Part shown: positions 9,748-17,778 of the stretch, one piece after another | Layout: each line of letters starts with the position of its first letter | Numbering within the stretch: the first letter of the stretch is position 1 | From: Nitrospirota bacterium | GTDB lineage: Bacteria; Nitrospirota; Nitrospiria; 2-01-FULL-66-17 | Reading direction: 5' to 3' | NCBI GenBank assembly: GCA_049325335.1 | Contig: JBMOMC010000001.1 | Span: 564,193 to 628,192 of the forward strand | Length of the DNA: 64,000 bases | Program-made: the position numbers and the translations under genes | The notes under the pieces: model-generated | Told to the model about the DNA's origin: nothing | The model's database searches: none | What the model saw: the letters and a program-made list of their open reading frames with translations, nothing else

Positions 9748-10161
9748 ATGAAGTTTCTATGCGTGATTTGTGGCGAGAAGGTGGTTGTTCGAAATGCCAG
9801 CCTCTGATTTCAGTCGGGCGAAAAAATTCTGCGAAGCGTGTTCGACTGGAACGTCTACCTCTGGGGCGACCAGGGCGCCATGGCGCTCACCACCGCCTCT
9901 TACAAGGCGTACAACCCGGTCGAGCCCGGAGGTATCAACGGCGGGTTCTACAAGCGCACGACCGAGCACGAGTACGCGTCGTTCGGCGTACAGACCGCGT
10001 CCATCGACCGCACGCTCAACGCGATCGAAAAAGCCGGGGGCAAAGTCGTGACGCCCAAACACGCGATCGGCGAGTGGGGCTTCATGGCGGACTTTGCGGA
10101 TCCCGAGGGCAACGTCTTGGCGCTCTGGGAAAGCCCAAAAAAATACGCCGGGATCGCGTAA
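9748..10161 (+). pseudogene. Frameshifted VOC/glyoxalase-family gene with a YciI-like first 11 codons
   Basis: Three frames are needed: MKFLCVICGEKVV / FEMPASDFSRAKKF / VFDWNV...GGINGGF...FADPEGNVLALWE; AAAAGGAG RBS before 9748. Confidence 0.7.
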
Positions 10162-10183
10162 CGGTCATCGCGAGGAGACGAAT

Positions 10184-10669
10184 ATGCGTACGATCACCCC
10201 ATGTTTGTGGTTCGACGATCAAGCCGAAGCCGCGGCGAATTTCTACGTGTCGATTTTCAAGAACTCCAAGATCGGACACATTGTCCGATACGGCGACGAG
10301 GGGGCGAAGGCCTCGGGAAGACCAACGGGGACAGTCATGACCGTGACCTTCGAGCTCAACGGGCAGGAATTCATGGCGCTCAACGGCGGCCCGGTCTTTC
10401 AGTTCTCGCAAGCGATCTCGTTCATGGTGCCCTGCAAGACGCAGAAGGAGGTGGACGAGCTGTGGGACAGGTTGTCCCGCGGCGGGGAGCGGCAACAGTG
10501 CGGCTGGTTGAAGGACCACTACGGGGTCGCGTGGCAGATCGTCCCCACCGTGTTGGACAAGATGATGCGTGACAAGGACGCCAGAAAGTCGGAACGCGTG
10601 ATGAAAGCGTTGCTCACGATGGACAAACCGGATATCAACGCGTTGAAAGCGGCGTACGCGCAGCGATAA
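10184..10669 (+). CDS. PhnB-like VOC protein (3-demethylubiquinone-9 3-methyltransferase-like family)
   Basis: ITPCLWFDDQAEAAANFY, ALNGGPVFQFSQAISF and CGWLKDHYGVAWQIVP motifs; GAGGAG RBS. Confidence 0.9.
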   Translation: MRTITPCLWFDDQAEAAANFYVSIFKNSKIGHIVRYGDEGAKASGRPTGTVMTVTFELNGQEFMALNGGPVFQFSQAISFMVPCKTQKEVDELWDRLSRGGERQQCGWLKDHYGVAWQIVPTVLDKMMRDKDARKSERVMKALLTMDKPDINALKAAYAQR

Positions 10670-10678
10670 TCGAACCCG

Positions 10679-10720
10679 GTCAGGCCGGTGATCGAAATCC
10701 CGGGGTTGCCGCCCGAGTAG
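10679..10720 (+). pseudogene. Remnant YciI-like C-terminus
   Basis: Reads VRPVIEIPGLPPE* with no start codon, immediately after the phnB-like stop. Confidence 0.4.
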
Positions 10721-10805
10721 TTTCCGCGACGGTCGAGAGGTTGATGGTTGCCCACCGCGGTCGACGAGCTGATAGAGACAGAACCCTAACCAACGGAGGT
10801 GTTCC

Positions 10806-11236
10806 CTGCGATTCATGGTGATTGTCAAAGCGAGCAACGATTCGGAAGCAGGTGTGATGCCGAGCGAGAAGCTTCTCACCGAAATGGGTAAGTTCAACGA
10901 GGAACTGGCGAAGGCCGGGGTCCTGCTCGCGGGCGAGGGACTGCAGCCGAGCTCAAAAGGCTCGCGCGTCAGATTTTCGGGCACGAAGCGCACCGTGATC
11001 GACGGGCCGTTCCCCGAGACCAAGGAGTTGGTCGCGGGCTTTTTTGGCTGTGGAAGGTCCAGTCCAAGCAAGAGGCGATCGACTGGCTCAAGCGCTGTCC
11101 CAATCCCCACAACGAAGACAGTGCGGTCGAGATCCGCCAGGTGTTCGAGGCGGAGGATTTCGGTGAAGAGTGCACGCCCGAGCTCAGAGCGCAAGAGGAG
11201 CGTGTGCGTGAGATGGCCGAAAACAAGAGGAAGTAG
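10806..11236 (+). pseudogene. YciI/DGPF-family gene, frameshifted in a T-run and with CTG at the expected start
   Basis: DGPFPETKELVAGF, then the T6 run at ~11040-11045 shifts frame to WLWKVQSKQEAIDWLKRCPNP...EIRQVFEAEDF...*; GGAGG RBS precedes CTG-CGA-TTC-ATG (expected MRFM). Confidence 0.8.
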
Positions 11237-11439
11237 CCGTGACACGCGCGGACGGGCTCGGGAACAGGCCGCGGGGGTCACCACCAGGGGATGAAGCCAT
11301 GCGGAAGATAACCGCCATGGTCATCAACGCTTCGAAGCTGTGGGTGCTCCTGCCGTTGCGAAAGGAGCCTGCACAGCGGTAAAAATAGCCGGGCTTTGAT
11401 GGACGACAAGTTTCACGTGGTCACGTAGAGGGAGCGATT

Positions 11440-12642
11440 ATGGCGCGCACGATCAAGAAGTCCGCAACCAAACCGACTCGAAAGGCCGCCCCGCCCACAC
11501 GTCCGGCCCGCCGCCCGTCGCGTCGGTCGCTGCTGCTCGTCGCCACGCGCAAAGGCGCGTGGCTGTTCCACGGCGATGCAACGCGCAAGACGTGGCGGAG
11601 CGATGGCCCGCATTTTCTCGGCCATATCATCAACCACCTGGTGCTCGATCCGCGGGACGGCCGCACACTCCTGGCCGCAGCCAAAACCGGTCACCTCGGC
11701 CCGACCGTCTTTCGCTCCACGGATTTCGGCCGCACCTGGAAGGAAGCCGCCAAGCCGCCCGCGTTCGCCAAGGCTCCTGAGGGCGAGAACGGCCGCGCGG
11801 TGGATCACACGTTCTGGCTTACGCCATGCCACGCGAACGAGCCCAACGCGTGGTACGCGGGCACGTCGCCACAGGGATTGTTTCGCTCCGAGGACGGAGG
11901 CGTCACGTGGGAGCCGTTCTCCTACATCAACGACGACCCTCAGTACCGCGTGTGGATGGGCAGCGTGCAGGACGGCACGCCGGACGGCCCGAAGATGCAC
12001 TCCATCATCGTGGACCCGCGAGATCCGGCCCACCTGTACTTCGCCATGTCAGGCGGGGGGGTGCACGAATCAGTCGACCGCGGCCGAACCTTCGTGTCCC
12101 TTGTCAAAGGCATGGAGGTGGTCGCGGGCTTTGACGCGAGCAACATCGCGTTCCACGACCCCCATTGCATCCGGCTCTGTCCGACCAACCCAGACCGGTT
12201 GTACCAACAGAATCACTGCGGCATTTATCGGCTCGATCGCCCATCCACCGAATGGGTGCGTATCGGCAAGACCATGCCCAAGACGGTCGGCGACGTCGGA
12301 TTCCCGATGGTAGTGCACCCGCGCGACGCAAACACCGTCTGGGTGTTCCCCATGGACGGCCAAACCGTGTGGCCACGCACCAGTCCGGACGGAAAGCCCG
12401 CGGCCTTTGTCACGCGCAACGCCGGCAAGACCTGGCAACGTCTCGACGCGGGTTTTCCCCGAAGCCAGGCCTGGTGGACCGTGAAGCGCCAAGCCATGAC
12501 CGCGGACGCGCAGGATCCGGTGGGCCTGTACGTCGGGACCACCAGCGGCGAGGTGTGGGCGAGCCGCGACGAAGGCAAACGCTGGGCGCGCATCGCGGGA
12601 AATCTCCCGCAAATCTACGCGGTGGAAGCCGCGCAGGTGTGA
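11440..12642 (+). CDS. BNR/Asp-box beta-propeller protein (WD40/YVTN-like, sialidase-like fold)
   Basis: Repeated S-x-D-x-G-x-T/S-W motifs (RSTDFGRTW, RSEDGGVTW, SRDEGKRW) and YQQNHCGIYR. Confidence 0.85.
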   Translation: MARTIKKSATKPTRKAAPPTRPARRPSRRSLLLVATRKGAWLFHGDATRKTWRSDGPHFLGHIINHLVLDPRDGRTLLAAAKTGHLGPTVFRSTDFGRTWKEAAKPPAFAKAPEGENGRAVDHTFWLTPCHANEPNAWYAGTSPQGLFRSEDGGVTWEPFSYINDDPQYRVWMGSVQDGTPDGPKMHSIIVDPRDPAHLYFAMSGGGVHESVDRGRTFVSLVKGMEVVAGFDASNIAFHDPHCIRLCPTNPDRLYQQNHCGIYRLDRPSTEWVRIGKTMPKTVGDVGFPMVVHPRDANTVWVFPMDGQTVWPRTSPDGKPAAFVTRNAGKTWQRLDAGFPRSQAWWTVKRQAMTADAQDPVGLYVGTTSGEVWASRDEGKRWARIAGNLPQIYAVEAAQV

Positions 12643-12672
12643 TGACGCGGCCCTGATTTCTCCGTCGGCTCA

Positions 12673-12930
12673 ATGACGGTACTGATTCCCAGTCCGCTGC
12701 TCTCCTACACCAGCGCCCGCGAGGTCGAGGCCGCCGGCGCGACGATCGCGGACCTGCTCGTTGACCTGGATCGTCGATACCCCGGCTTGCGATTTCGCGT
12801 GATCGACGAGCAGGACCGGGTGCGGGCGCACATGCGGTTCTTCGTAAACGGCGAGCAAGTGTTCGATCTGACACACGCGCTGCGCCCGACCGACGGGGTG
12901 CAGATCGTCCAGGCGTTGAGCGGCGGGTGA
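12673..12930 (+). CDS. MoaD/ThiS-family ubiquitin-like protein
   Basis: 85 aa with FFVNGE and C-terminal ALSGG. Confidence 0.88.
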   Translation: MTVLIPSPLLSYTSAREVEAAGATIADLLVDLDRRYPGLRFRVIDEQDRVRAHMRFFVNGEQVFDLTHALRPTDGVQIVQALSGG

Positions 12931-13000
12931 GGGAGGGCGATGCGCGCCTTTACATCGCGGATCCATCCGTGCTACACCGCATCCAGCACTTGGGCCGGGC

Positions 13001-13717
13001 ATGAAACCGATTACGGTTGTCTCCGCCACACGACGAACTCCCGCCGAGTTCGAAGCCGACGCGCCGTTGTGCGCCTCCCTGCGTAAACTCACCATCGCTG
13101 GGGCGACGATCGCACCCAAGATCGTCTATCAGAACTCGCTCGGGCTCGGCACCGTCTACAATCGCTATCTCACTACGGAATACCACGATCACATCCTCGT
13201 TTTTGTCCACGATGACGTCCGGATCGAGGACCTGTTTTTCGCGGACAAACTGAACGACGCGGTGCGATATTTCGACGTGGTCGGACTGGCCGGCAACCAA
13301 AAACCCGATCTCGGGTACCCCTCCTGGTTCGATCAACGCCGGCCGTTGTCCGGGTTCGTCGCGCACCCACACCAGGCCCCGTCTCCCGAAGCGCCGACGG
13401 GCACGGTGGCGATCAGCGCCTACGGGCCGAGCCCCGCCCCCTGCCTGTTGCTCGACGGGCTCTTTCTCGCCGTGAATGCCGATTCCGTGTTGTCACGCGG
13501 CGTCCGGTTCGACGAGCAGTTCGCGTTTCACTTCTACGATCTGGATTTTTGTCGACTCAGCGCCGCCCAAGGCCTCCGACTCGGGACGTGGCCCCTGTGG
13601 GTCATTCACCAGAGCGGCGGGGCGTTTAACACCCCGGCGTGGAAACAAGCCGCGCGGGCCTACCAGAAAAAATGGGCCGGCGAGCTGGCGCCCGCTGACG
13701 CCGGCTCGCCGCGCTGA
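13001..13717 (+). CDS. GT2-like glycosyltransferase family protein
   Basis: VFVHDDV (DxD-like), LDGLFLAV and FDEQFAFHFYDLDFC motifs. Confidence 0.75.
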   Translation: MKPITVVSATRRTPAEFEADAPLCASLRKLTIAGATIAPKIVYQNSLGLGTVYNRYLTTEYHDHILVFVHDDVRIEDLFFADKLNDAVRYFDVVGLAGNQKPDLGYPSWFDQRRPLSGFVAHPHQAPSPEAPTGTVAISAYGPSPAPCLLLDGLFLAVNADSVLSRGVRFDEQFAFHFYDLDFCRLSAAQGLRLGTWPLWVIHQSGGAFNTPAWKQAARAYQKKWAGELAPADAGSPR

Positions 13718-13733
13718 TCCGGCCCGGACGCGG

Positions 13734-13762
13734 TTGAATCGATCGCACGGTTTCCGTATGAT
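13734..13762 (+). promoter_or_regulatory. Sigma70-like promoter, probably driving a leaderless ttuB mRNA
   Basis: TTGAAT-N17-TATGAT ending 6 nt before ATG 13769; no SD sequence. Confidence 0.5.
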
Positions 13763-13768
13763 GCGGGC

Positions 13769-13963
13769 ATGACCGTGCTGCTGCACCACCCCACGCGCCG
13801 GACCGTCCTCAAAGGACCCAAGAAGGTCGAACACGTCCTGCGGGACCTCGACATCCTTCCCGACACGGTGCTCGTGATCCGCGGCGATGAACTGATCCCA
13901 GACGACGAGATCGTGGCCGACGGCGAGACCATCGAAATCCGTCCGGTCATTTCCGGGGGCTGA
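13769..13963 (+). CDS. ttuB: TtuB/ThiS-like sulfur carrier protein
   Basis: 64 aa ending IEIRPVISGG, directly upstream of a ttuA-like gene. Confidence 0.75.
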   Translation: MTVLLHHPTRRTVLKGPKKVEHVLRDLDILPDTVLVIRGDELIPDDEIVADGETIEIRPVISGG

Positions 13964-13972
13964 GATCGGCCC

Positions 13973-14878
13973 ATGCGCTGCCGCAAGTGCTCAGTGCGCG
14001 CCCTCATCAAACTGCCCCGCCACAACAGCGCGTTCTGCGCCGCTTGTTTTGACGAGTACGCCCTTGAGCAGGTCCAGCGCGCGATCAAGGCCGACCGCAT
14101 GTTCGGCCGCGACGAAAGCGTGGCGGTGGCGGTCTCCGGCGGGAAAGACAGCCTGGTGCTTTGGGAGATGCTGTCGCGCCTGGGGTATCGCACCATCGGC
14201 TTGCACATCGACCTTGGGATCGGCGCCTACTCCGAGACCTCCCGCGCGAAGGCCGAGGCCTTCGCGCGAACGCGGAACCTGCCCCTGATCGTCCACGCGT
14301 TGCGTGAGGCGCACGGGCTCGGGATTTCCGAAATCGCGGACACCGTGCGCCGTCCGGCCTGCTCCGCGTGCGGGGTGATCAAACGCTACAACATGAACGC
14401 GATTGCGGCGGAACACGGGATACCGGTGCTGGCCACGGGCCACAACCTGGACGACGAGGCCGCGCGGCTTCTGGGCAACGTGTTGCACTGGCAGGACGAC
14501 TATTTGGACAAACAATCGCCCGCGTTGCCCGCGTCGCACCCCAAGTTGGTGCGCAAGGTCAAACCCTTGTACCGTTTGGCGGAACGCGAGATCGCGGCGT
14601 GGGCCGTCCTGCGAAAAATCGACTACATCGTGGACGAATGCCCGAACAGCGTGGGCTCCAAAATGCTGATCTACAAGGACGCGCTAAACCGGTTGGAGGC
14701 CGCCGCGCCGGGGACCAAGCACCAATTTTATCTCCAGTTCCTGGATCGACAGAAGGCGCGCGCCCCCTTGGTGGCGCTCACGCCCGACCTTCGTGAGTGC
14801 GTGTCCTGCGGCCAACCCAGCACGGCCGAGGTATGCGGGTACTGCAAACTGATCGCGCCGCTGAAAGTCGTCCCGTGA
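13973..14878 (+). CDS. ttuA: tRNA 2-thiolation protein TtuA (TtcA/Ncs6 family)
   Basis: N- and C-terminal Zn fingers (CRKC..CAAC; CVSC..CGYC), PP-loop SGGKDS, CSAC plus ECP Fe-S ligands, TGHNLDD. Confidence 0.85.
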   Translation: MRCRKCSVRALIKLPRHNSAFCAACFDEYALEQVQRAIKADRMFGRDESVAVAVSGGKDSLVLWEMLSRLGYRTIGLHIDLGIGAYSETSRAKAEAFARTRNLPLIVHALREAHGLGISEIADTVRRPACSACGVIKRYNMNAIAAEHGIPVLATGHNLDDEAARLLGNVLHWQDDYLDKQSPALPASHPKLVRKVKPLYRLAEREIAAWAVLRKIDYIVDECPNSVGSKMLIYKDALNRLEAAAPGTKHQFYLQFLDRQKARAPLVALTPDLRECVSCGQPSTAEVCGYCKLIAPLKVVP

Positions 14879-15687
14879 CGTTTAAGGACGGCGAGCGCGT
14901 CCACCTGATCGACCGCAAGGGCCGGACCTACGCCCTGACTCTGCGCGCGGGCAAGATCCACCAACACAGCGGCCAAACCATTGCCCACGACGCGCTGATC
15001 GGCATCGAGGACGGCTCCTCGGTCACGCTCTCCGGGGGCGCCAAGTTCGTGGTGCTGCGGCCGACGTTGGCCGAATACATCATGAAAATGCCCCGCGGCG
15101 CGCAGGTCATCTATCCAAAAGATCTGGCGACGATCCTGCTGTGGGCCGACATCTACCCCGGGGCCACGGTGGTCGAAGCCGGAATCGGGTCCGGCGCGCT
15201 GACCATGACGTTGCTGCGGGCGGTTGGAGAGTCCGGGCGCGTGGTGTCGTACGAAATCCGTGACGATTTCGCGGATCGCGCGCTGGAGAACATTGAACGT
15301 TATTTAGGCAAAGTGGTCCACCACGTGCTGCACCGCAAGGACATCACCCTCGGCATCGAGGAACACGAGGTGGATCGCGTGGTGTTGGATCTCCCCGAGC
15401 CTTGGCGCGTGGTGCCTGAGGCGGTCGCCGCCCTGCGCACCGGCGGTATTTTTTTGTCGTACCTGCCGACCGTGCCGCAGGTCGTCAAGGTGGTGGAAGC
15501 GCTCCATGGCAGCGGCGCGTTCAGTATGATCGAGACGTTCGAGACGCTGCAACGCCCGTGGAACATCGAGGGCCGGAGCGTGCGCCCCGCGCTGCGGATG
15601 GTCGCCCACTCCGCGTTTCTCACCGTGGCCCGAAAACTGGCCGCGCCCGTGGTGCTCGACCCCGACGATGTCCCGGAAGGCGGCTGA
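14875..15687 (+). CDS. trmI: tRNA (adenine58-N1)-methyltransferase
   Basis: MPRGAQVIYPKD, VEAGIGSGALT, LDLPEPW and MVAHSAFL motifs; GTGA overlap with ttuA. Confidence 0.92.
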   Translation: MTFKDGERVHLIDRKGRTYALTLRAGKIHQHSGQTIAHDALIGIEDGSSVTLSGGAKFVVLRPTLAEYIMKMPRGAQVIYPKDLATILLWADIYPGATVVEAGIGSGALTMTLLRAVGESGRVVSYEIRDDFADRALENIERYLGKVVHHVLHRKDITLGIEEHEVDRVVLDLPEPWRVVPEAVAALRTGGIFLSYLPTVPQVVKVVEALHGSGAFSMIETFETLQRPWNIEGRSVRPALRMVAHSAFLTVARKLAAPVVLDPDDVPEGG

Positions 15688-15756
15688 CCGCCGCGCCTCA
15701 ACGCGGTACAACCCGTGCGAGTACACGAACCGTTGTTCGGCAACCAAGGAGGATGT

Positions 15757-16359
15757 ATGGACGTGGTGAGTTGGATCGTGATCGGCGTCGTGGGTATGGT
15801 CTTGGCGGGGCAACCCGATGAAGCGGAAGCCAAAAAGCTTAAACCGGGAACGTACGCGGTCTTCGAGACCACGTTGGGCAAGATCGTGTGCCGCCTCTTT
15901 GAGAAGGAGGCTCCGCAGACCGTGGCAAATTTCATCGGTCTGGCCGAAGGCACCAAGGAATGGACCGACCCCAAAACCGGACAGAAGGTCAAGCGCCCGT
16001 TCTACGACGGACTGATCTTTCATCGGGTCATTCCTGACTTTATGATCCAGGGCGGCGACCCCCGCGGCGATGGAACCGGCGGACCCGGGTATCAATTCGG
16101 GGATGAATTCTCCCCAGCGCTCAAACACGATAAACCGGGACGCCTGTCCATGGCCAATGCAGGTCCCGGCACAAACGGCAGCCAGTTCTTTATCACGGAA
16201 AAAGAAACCTCGTGGCTCGACGGCCGACACACGATTTTCGGGGAAGTGGTTGAAGGGCAGGCGGTTGTGGCCAAGATTGCCAGAACGCCGAAAGATGGGC
16301 GCGATCGTCCGGTGACCCCGGTGGTAATGAAAAAGGTCACCATTCTGAGGCAGCAATAA
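15757..16359 (+). CDS. Cyclophilin-type peptidyl-prolyl cis-trans isomerase with signal peptide
   Basis: [15 protein letters not shown] and [17 protein letters not shown] motifs; AAGGAGG RBS. Confidence 0.93.
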   Translation: MDVVSWIVIGVVGMVLAGQPDEAEAKKLKPGTYAVFETTLGKIVCRLFEKEAPQTVANFIGLAEGTKEWTDPKTGQKVKRPFYDGLIFHRVIPDFMIQGGDPRGDGTGGPGYQFGDEFSPALKHDKPGRLSMANAGPGTNGSQFFITEKETSWLDGRHTIFGEVVEGQAVVAKIARTPKDGRDRPVTPVVMKKVTILRQQ

Positions 16360-16463
16360 GACGCCCCATCACGGTGTATCAGGGATCGAGGCGGTGCGAT
16401 GGATCGGTTGACCGGGGAACGCTCCGGCGGGAAGCTGAGCGGGCAGCCGGCTCAGCGGGCGAA

Positions 16464-16616
16464 CTAGCCGTGTTGCTTGGCGAGCTCCATGGTTTGGCGC
16501 GCCGGGGCCGGGGTCGCCAAGCGGATTCGGATGGTGATTTCCTCGGCGTCCTTCGGCAAGGGTTCCGACAGCACGAGGTGCGTATCCCCAACAACCGTGG
16601 CATGAACCAGCTTCAT
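16464..16616 (-). CDS. Small 50-aa protein (not in the ORF track)
   Basis: MKLVHATVVGDTHLVLSEPLPKDAEEITIRIRLATPAPARQTMELAKQHG*; GGAAGGAG RBS; own promoter at 16664-16693. Confidence 0.6.
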   Translation of the reverse strand: MKLVHATVVGDTHLVLSEPLPKDAEEITIRIRLATPAPARQTMELAKQHG

Positions 16617-16663
16617 ACTTATCCCGCTCCTTCCAAGGTTAGTTTTAAGCGATAAACCGCGAG

Positions 16664-16693
16664 ATCATACCAGACATTCCGCGAAATCGTCAA
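16664..16693 (-). promoter_or_regulatory. Sigma70-like promoter
   Basis: Minus strand TTGACG-N18-TATGAT. Confidence 0.6.
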
Positions 16694-16750
16694 CCACAAT
16701 ATGCTCAGGGCACGCTTTTTGACAAAAATGTTCCATTCTCAGTGAGATAC

Positions 16751-17605
16751 ATGGCTCAACTCGAAGACGAGTGGTTCGACATTATCGCAAAGGCACGCTC
16801 AGGGCACGACTTTTCTCTGGCACATGTTGCCGAACTCGTTGGGGTTTCGTTCGAGGCGTTAGAATCCTGGGAAGCCGGATCAGGCGCCCCCACTGCCGTT
16901 CAATTCGCCTTACTCGCCAAGACCTTACACCTCGATGCCGCAAAACTCGCGGCTGTTCAACGCGGACAAGCACGCCCCACGACCCCACTCCCCCAACCAT
17001 CAGACGGCCTCCGCGTCGAGACACTCACCGGGTTGATGCACGGGTACGCGGTGCACGCGTACCTGCTCTATCGTGAGGGAGAACCTGACGCGGTCTTGAT
17101 CGACACGGGGTACGAACCGATCCGCGCCATCGAGACGGTGTTGCACCGGCGATTGTTGTTGCGCTGGGTGGCGCTCACCCACTGCCACCAAGATCACATG
17201 GAGGGCGCCGCGCTGATCAAAACGCAAACCGGCGCGCGGGTCGCGGCGCCCAAAGCCGAGATCGCCACGTACCGCGCGCATCATCGGGAAACGCCGGATC
17301 TGGCGGTGGAAGACGGGACAGTCATCACGGTCAGCCCAACCGTCTCCCTCACCGCGATCGCCACGCCGGGCCATACGGCCGGGGGCACGTGTTATGCGAT
17401 CGGAAACGTCTGCGCGGTGGGCGACGCCCTGTTCGCCGGATCAATGGGACGGGCCATGTCTCCGGGCGGCTACCGCTCACTCCGGACGGCGGTCGCCACC
17501 CGAATCCTTGCGCTCCCCACCGCCACGATCCTGCTGCCCGGGCACGGCCCCATCACCACGGTCGCCGACGAACTCCGCCACAACCCGTTCTTCCCAGACA
17601 CGTAA
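16751..17605 (+). CDS. XRE-type HTH fused to an MBL-fold metallo-hydrolase
   Basis: N-terminal SLAHVAELVGVSFEALESWEAG HTH; THCHQDH, TPGHT, GDALF and PGHGP MBL motifs. Confidence 0.85.
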   Translation: MAQLEDEWFDIIAKARSGHDFSLAHVAELVGVSFEALESWEAGSGAPTAVQFALLAKTLHLDAAKLAAVQRGQARPTTPLPQPSDGLRVETLTGLMHGYAVHAYLLYREGEPDAVLIDTGYEPIRAIETVLHRRLLLRWVALTHCHQDHMEGAALIKTQTGARVAAPKAEIATYRAHHRETPDLAVEDGTVITVSPTVSLTAIATPGHTAGGTCYAIGNVCAVGDALFAGSMGRAMSPGGYRSLRTAVATRILALPTATILLPGHGPITTVADELRHNPFFPDT

Positions 17606-17653
17606 CGACGGACAAAGATCCCGCGCACGAGGCTGTCCGAGTATCCCCAGTTG

Positions 17654-17778
17654 GAGCCTGTTCAGGGAAGGCCAGATGCAAGGCGGAGGGAGAGCCTTGC
17701 GCGCGGAGCGTACTGGGTCGTACGTGAGCACGTAAGGCCGACCGACAACGCCGCAGATGGCCTTTCATGGACAGGCTC
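17654..17778. repeat. ~126-bp structured intergenic repeat, copy 1
   Basis: Terminal inverted repeat GAGCCTGTTCA...TGGACAGGCTC; core GATGCAAGGCGG...GCGTACTGGGTCGTACGTGAG...ACAACGCCGCAG; highly similar to 49712-49838. Confidence 0.85.

Noticed and set aside
17654..17778. The 126-bp repeats or the 26-bp direct repeats (59608, 60464) as a CRISPR array or integron attC sites
   Set aside because: Copies are dispersed with no regular repeat-spacer period, there is no cas or intI gene, and no RYYYAAC/GTTRRRY ends were seen
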